Shown here: positions 59,739 through 64,000 of the stretch, in pieces
Numbering within the stretch: the stretch's first letter is position 1
How the letters are laid out: every line of letters begins with the position of its first letter
Source: an uncultured Rhizobium sp.
GTDB lineage: Bacteria > Bacteroidota > Bacteroidia > NS11-12g > UBA955
Length of the DNA: 64,000 nucleotides
Direction of reading: 5' to 3'
Assembly: GCA_964592635.1 (NCBI GenBank)
Contig: CAZQFZ010000001.1
Span: 10,974-74,973 of the forward strand
The notes under the pieces: model-generated
Databases searched by the model: none
What the model was told of the DNA's origin: nothing
Seen by the model: only the letters and a program-made list of their open reading frames with translations
Program-made: the position numbers and the translations under genes

Positions 59739-60578
59739 ATGAATACAACTACACACAACTATTTTATTAACAACAGATTATGGATATTTAAATATGTGAA
59801 TGGGGTATTGGCAGCAATGATGTGGCTGTTTTTTCTGAATCTCTCTTCATGTACAAAGGATATAAAGCAACAATTGGAATCAAAATCGTTGGTAAAAACT
59901 ATAGAATCTTATTCCACTACGGGTGAATTAACTGGCCGAACACGAATTTTCTACAACTCAAATAACTACGAAACATTAAGGTTGACATATACGGTTGACC
60001 CAAGCACCAATGTGGAAACTCCATCATCAAAATTGGAGATCCGAATTTCTAATGATACGGTGTATAGATTGTTTTATTTGTATAAAACCAATGTATCGGA
60101 TTATGTACTTAATTCTGCGAATGCCTATTTGCAGGATGCAAACGGTTTTACGCAAAAACAACTTCGATTAACAGTATCTTCCCCCAATTTGATGCCAATT
60201 ATTTCGACTTCAACATTCATCAGAACGGTCATCAATAAAGACAAAGTGGAGTATGTTCAGTCATCCAGCCGAAAATTTGTTGTTGATAAATCCCAAAAAA
60301 CGGTAACTACCATAAATTACATTGCCTCAGTAGAGGCAAATAGAACCACAAATTATTACGATTGTTTTGATGGTCCGAGCTTTGAGAAGCTGCCTACATC
60401 TTATAATTTCCAGAAAGAATTTGGCAAAGGATTACTTGTGTTGAAACGGGAAGTATTTGAAGACTTCGAGAATCCAGCAAATAACTTTGAGAAGAACTCA
60501 GTAATTTCTAAAGATAGTGAAGGTCGTGTTTCTGAGGTTGTATTATCCACAGGAGCCAGGAACAAGTATTTTTATTGA
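59739..60578 (+). CDS. Hypothetical lipoprotein
   Basis: 279 aa, lipobox-like 'FLNLSSC'. No recognisable domain; the start may be an internal Met. Confidence 0.4.
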   Translation: MNTTTHNYFINNRLWIFKYVNGVLAAMMWLFFLNLSSCTKDIKQQLESKSLVKTIESYSTTGELTGRTRIFYNSNNYETLRLTYTVDPSTNVETPSSKLEIRISNDTVYRLFYLYKTNVSDYVLNSANAYLQDANGFTQKQLRLTVSSPNLMPIISTSTFIRTVINKDKVEYVQSSSRKFVVDKSQKTVTTINYIASVEANRTTNYYDCFDGPSFEKLPTSYNFQKEFGKGLLVLKREVFEDFENPANNFEKNSVISKDSEGRVSEVVLSTGARNKYFY

Positions 60579-60744
60579 TGCAGCAGGATGATGAAATTAC
60601 AGCGTCAAAACAGACAAAAGTGGGCGGCATGTTTGAATTTAATCGGTGAAGTAAATGGTATTCTGATTAGACTATCAGCTTCAACAGTAAATCGATGGCG
60701 GTGTACCCCATAAACAATTTATAAAAATAGAAAAGAAATTCAAT

Positions 60745-61422
60745 ATGAAAAATCAATTAAAAATTACGTGTGCAGTTGCTTTGACTTTATTATTCAGCGT
60801 TAAAGTAAGTGGACAATGGGCTGGGTCTTCTTCGGGAGGAGAAATTCAACAATCAAACAATAAAAAGACAGGTGTGGCGGATGAAAAATCATCGAAATTT
60901 AAATTCTATGTAGGATATGGGATCGGGGGATATACGAGTTCAATTGTTAATTCATCAGAATTTATCAAAACGGGAAATGAAATAGACGTTTACAATCCTA
61001 AAGTTACACAGGGTGCGTCATTTAATATCGGGCTTTTGAAACGAACTAAGTCAAATCCGAAGCTAAGTGCTGGAATAGAATTTGGAGGGTCGGCACATTT
61101 CAAAGAGCAGGTGTACACTTACAGTTCAAGTTGGTCCACTACACCATCCGAGAGTACTGCTTATATAGATGCGGCACATTTTGGCCTAGGTATGCCTTTG
61201 CGATATACTTTTTATGATGATAAAGATGTAGAATTGTACTTGCAAGGGGTTGTGGGCTATGGGATTTTATACGCGGATAGTGATGAACATTTTGCGTATT
61301 ATGAAACACTTTCGAAAGGTGTTTTTTACGGAGGAGGTTCTATTGGGGTGAAATTTTTAGCTCTTTATGGTGAGTTGGGATATAATTCCACTGGTTTTTT
61401 AAGATTTGGTTTGGCATTTTAA
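60745..61422 (+). CDS. Small outer-membrane beta-barrel-like protein, paralog A (GQWAGSSS N-terminus)
   Basis: 225 aa with signal peptide. Alternating Gly/aromatic strands (…KFYVGYGIGGYTS…, …LYGELGYNSTGFLRFGLAF). C-terminal Phe. Confidence 0.5.
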   Translation: MKNQLKITCAVALTLLFSVKVSGQWAGSSSGGEIQQSNNKKTGVADEKSSKFKFYVGYGIGGYTSSIVNSSEFIKTGNEIDVYNPKVTQGASFNIGLLKRTKSNPKLSAGIEFGGSAHFKEQVYTYSSSWSTTPSESTAYIDAAHFGLGMPLRYTFYDDKDVELYLQGVVGYGILYADSDEHFAYYETLSKGVFYGGGSIGVKFLALYGELGYNSTGFLRFGLAF

Positions 61423-61621
61423 ATCAATCACTTTATCCAAGTTAAAAACAAAAAAGTAGAATCGCAGCGTTTTCTCTTTTTTGAAGCTAACTGGTTTCGA
61501 AAATGCGATCGAACGGTGAATAAATAAGTGGGTAATTTATGTTGCCAATTACTTTAATTTATACCAAAGATTACCAAAATTTAGGTATATGGGTTAAAGA
61601 AGAGGTTTATAATTTTGAAAC

Positions 61622-62713
61622 ATGACAATTTTGAAAAAATCTGCAGTGAAGCTGGGCTTGGTTGCAACCGCTTTAACGGCTTCAGTTTTTAGTTTTGAAT
61701 CTTGTAATTTATTGAACCAAGGCGTTTCATATTCTCAGGATATCTTCACGAACTTAACAGCTCCGGAAGAAGGGGGGGTTAATTTTACACAGTTAACAAA
61801 AGAAAGTGATATTGTGCAAGGTCCTGGTTACTCATTGACAACAGAAGCTATTCAAAACGGTAATGAAATCGTAAAATCAGAGGTATTAATGTGGAACACC
61901 GCTACATTCTTGTCTATTTCACCCGATGGTAAGAGTTTTACGTTTTTAGGTAACAATAACAATTCGAATAACTTGTACATTCGTTCAACAGAAGGGGGTG
62001 CATCAGCAATTCAACGTACATTCAGAAACTATGTATTCGATTTCGCATATTCACCTGATGGTCGTTTTCTGACCTTCTCTGATCGAGTTGGTGTAGGTAC
62101 TGCAGAGAACTACAATATCTATCAAATCGAGGTGTCTAAAGGTAACGCAGTTCGTCAGATTGCTGCTACAGACGCAAGTGAATTGAATCCAGTATATTCT
62201 AATGATGCTAAAATGTTGTTTTACTCAAAATCTTCTGGAAGTGGGTATTCTTTGTGGAGCATTGATTTGGAGTCGGGTTTACAAACACAGTACTCTGAAG
62301 GATTCAATCCTTGTTTTGTACCGGGTAAAAATTCAAAAGAACTATTTGTAACAAGAAGTGCAAAAAATTCTCAAAGAACAGAAATTTGGAAAATTGACTT
62401 GGAGGCTGGTTCTGAAACTCAAGTAATTACAGATAACAGAAGATCATTCTCTAGCCCGAAGGTAAGTCCTAATGGAAAATATTTAATGGTTTCAGGAGCA
62501 ACGCCAAAATCAAATGCTCGTCCTATGAACTTGGATTTGTATTTGTTCAGAGTAGATGGAACAGGCGAAACACAGTTAACATTCCACCCTGGTGCTGATG
62601 CTTCTGCTGTATGGGCTCCATCTGGAAAAGAGATTTATTTTATTAGTACTCGTGGTAGTGCTACCAACAAATACAATGTTTGGAGAATGAATGTAGAACA
62701 GTTCTTGAACTAA
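61622..62713 (+). CDS. TolB-like / PD40 beta-propeller repeat lipoprotein
   Basis: 363 aa, lipobox-like 'FESC'. Repeated 'SPDG(K/R)…F' PD40 motifs (…ISPDGKSFTFLGN…, …YSPDGRFLTFSDR…, …SNDAKMLFYSK…, …SPNGKYLMVSG…, …APSGKEIYFIST…). Confidence 0.6.
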   Translation: MTILKKSAVKLGLVATALTASVFSFESCNLLNQGVSYSQDIFTNLTAPEEGGVNFTQLTKESDIVQGPGYSLTTEAIQNGNEIVKSEVLMWNTATFLSISPDGKSFTFLGNNNNSNNLYIRSTEGGASAIQRTFRNYVFDFAYSPDGRFLTFSDRVGVGTAENYNIYQIEVSKGNAVRQIAATDASELNPVYSNDAKMLFYSKSSGSGYSLWSIDLESGLQTQYSEGFNPCFVPGKNSKELFVTRSAKNSQRTEIWKIDLEAGSETQVITDNRRSFSSPKVSPNGKYLMVSGATPKSNARPMNLDLYLFRVDGTGETQLTFHPGADASAVWAPSGKEIYFISTRGSATNKYNVWRMNVEQFLN

Positions 62714-62771
62714 TTTCTTCAAATTCAAACAAAAAAATTATACCATCCATAAAACCAACAAATAATCAATC

Positions 62772-63458
62772 ATGAATTTCAAAGTAATACGTTTCAAGTT
62801 AGCGGTTTGGCTCATAATGGGTTGTTCATTTTTAAATTTGAACGGCCAATGGGCGGGGTCCTCAAGTCATGCAGGAACCACCAAGATAAGCCAGCCAACC
62901 CAAAGAGGGAACACTACTGCCGAGCCAAATGGTTATTTAGGTATTGGATTTGGTGGTTATACGAAAGCGTTGGTCGATGCTGCGCGTTATGTGAATGCAC
63001 CTGGATATAGTTCTTTTAATTATATCACAACCGCAAGCTATGGAGAAAACACCGGTATTGGCTATTGCCTTGGTGGATTGTGGCCAACTAACACCAAAAA
63101 TTTAACGGTGGGTATTGAAATTGGTGGTGGTTATCATTCACAAGATGTTAATTATCAGTATTATGACTATTACGATCAGGCAGTTTATTCACGAACCGGT
63201 TCTCTTAGTTCGGTTCATTTTGGAGCCGGAATTCCCATTCGTTATAACTTCGTGAATACCGATGAATTTAAAATGTATATCCAAGGTGTGCTTGGATTGG
63301 GTTTCATTGATGTGAGTGATGATCAAGCAAATTCATTGATTGATGGACCTAACTCTATATTTTATGGTGGAGGTAGCTTGGGACTTCAACTATCGGTTTT
63401 TTACGTAGAAGTTGGAGCAAACTCCAGTGGATATTTGAGATGTGGTTTGGCTTGGTAA
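62772..63458 (+). CDS. Small outer-membrane beta-barrel-like protein, paralog B (GQWAGSSS N-terminus)
   Basis: 228 aa. Mature N-terminus 'GQWAGSSSHAG' matches the same motif in 60745-61422. C-terminus '…VEVGANSSGYLRCGLAW'. Same Gly/aromatic periodicity. Confidence 0.5.
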   Translation: MNFKVIRFKLAVWLIMGCSFLNLNGQWAGSSSHAGTTKISQPTQRGNTTAEPNGYLGIGFGGYTKALVDAARYVNAPGYSSFNYITTASYGENTGIGYCLGGLWPTNTKNLTVGIEIGGGYHSQDVNYQYYDYYDQAVYSRTGSLSSVHFGAGIPIRYNFVNTDEFKMYIQGVLGLGFIDVSDDQANSLIDGPNSIFYGGGSLGLQLSVFYVEVGANSSGYLRCGLAW

Positions 63459-63558
63459 TTCATCGTCAAGCCAATCCACATTTAACTAAACTTATTCTAA
63501 TATTTTCAATTTTCTTTTGCGCTTTTTTACTTAACTTATCTCATGTAGTAAAGCGATT

Positions 63559-64000
63559 ATGGTAAAACTTATTATTTGCGACGATCACCAAGTGGTATTG
63601 GCTGGACTTGAACGTATTTTTTCAAGTTTGGAAGGCGTGGATGTTATACAATCTTTTCAGAACCCCCAATCACTAATTGATTATCTAAATAATTCAACCA
63701 CATTAAAGCCAAACGTAGTTCTGATTGATGCTCAACTCGGAAACAATGCCAATGGAATTGAAATGCCAAAAAATTATCATGGTAAAGAAAAAATTCGCTG
63801 GATCTTGTTGTCGTCTTTCGTTGACAAATACCTCATGTATCAATCTCGTTTGAATGGATTTTCGGCCTGTATTTCTAAAGAAGCACCGGCTAGTTTTATC
63901 ATTTCTAATGTACTAGGCGAAAAAGATGGCTTTGTAATTTATCCTCCAATTCCCGATTTTCTTCCGGATCAGGTGGACCATATACATGCTGCAATTTCAA
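63559..64000 (+). CDS. Response regulator receiver domain (NarL/LuxR-type), 3' end outside window
   Basis: Open frame from the ATG at 63559 to the window edge with no stop, so it is absent from the ORF track. 'MVKLIICDDHQVVLAGLERIF…NVVLIDAQLG…ACISK' gives the receiver-domain acidic pocket, phospho-Asp region and conserved Lys. Confidence 0.6.
   Translation, partial: MVKLIICDDHQVVLAGLERIFSSLEGVDVIQSFQNPQSLIDYLNNSTTLKPNVVLIDAQLGNNANGIEMPKNYHGKEKIRWILLSSFVDKYLMYQSRLNGFSACISKEAPASFIISNVLGEKDGFVIYPPIPDFLPDQVDHIHAAIS

Overview
This 64-kb window looks like a chromosomal segment of a low-GC (~38-40%) Bacteroidota genome, probably Flavobacteriia- or Cytophagia-like. Coding density is high. I see no transposase, integrase, phage genes or CRISPR, and no tRNA or rRNA by eye. 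Most of the content is housekeeping: purL, secDF, lysA, atpDC, yidC, dprA, lepA, dcd, the rpsP-rimM-trmD operon, and the Bacteroidota-typical ftsX-DUF3098-uppP block. A large cell-surface and secretion component is interleaved with it: two T9SS type-B CTD cargo proteins, one followed by a cognate PorP/SprF gene that is unusually fused to a SPOR domain. There is also a 1362-aa T9SS type-A cargo with GEVED and Ig-like repeats, and a SusC/SusD pair flanked by an FGE-sulfatase-fold (GldJ/K-like) gene and an LptD-like gene. A TonB-dependent receptor, MlaD and a peptidoglycan amidase are present as well. No obvious defence island is present. The features that merit follow-up are: (1) a DUF3127 protein with an SSB-like OB-fold signature and two SSB C-terminal-tip mimics; (2) the PorP/SprF-SPOR fusion; (3) a PolX/PHP protein whose palm catalytic aspartates appear substituted; (4) an isolated ECF sigma factor co-transcribed with a lycopene-cyclase-domain membrane protein; (5) a small cluster of two paralogous OM beta-barrel proteins around a TolB-like propeller next to a response regulator; (6) a PPTase with a large low-complexity insertion; and (7) five intergenic tandem-repeat arrays with different periods that share a GGAAT(T)nnTGG-like core. 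Where a start codon is shifted from the ORF track, it was derived by codon arithmetic from the track coordinates; repeat, terminator and promoter coordinates are approximate to within about 2 nt.
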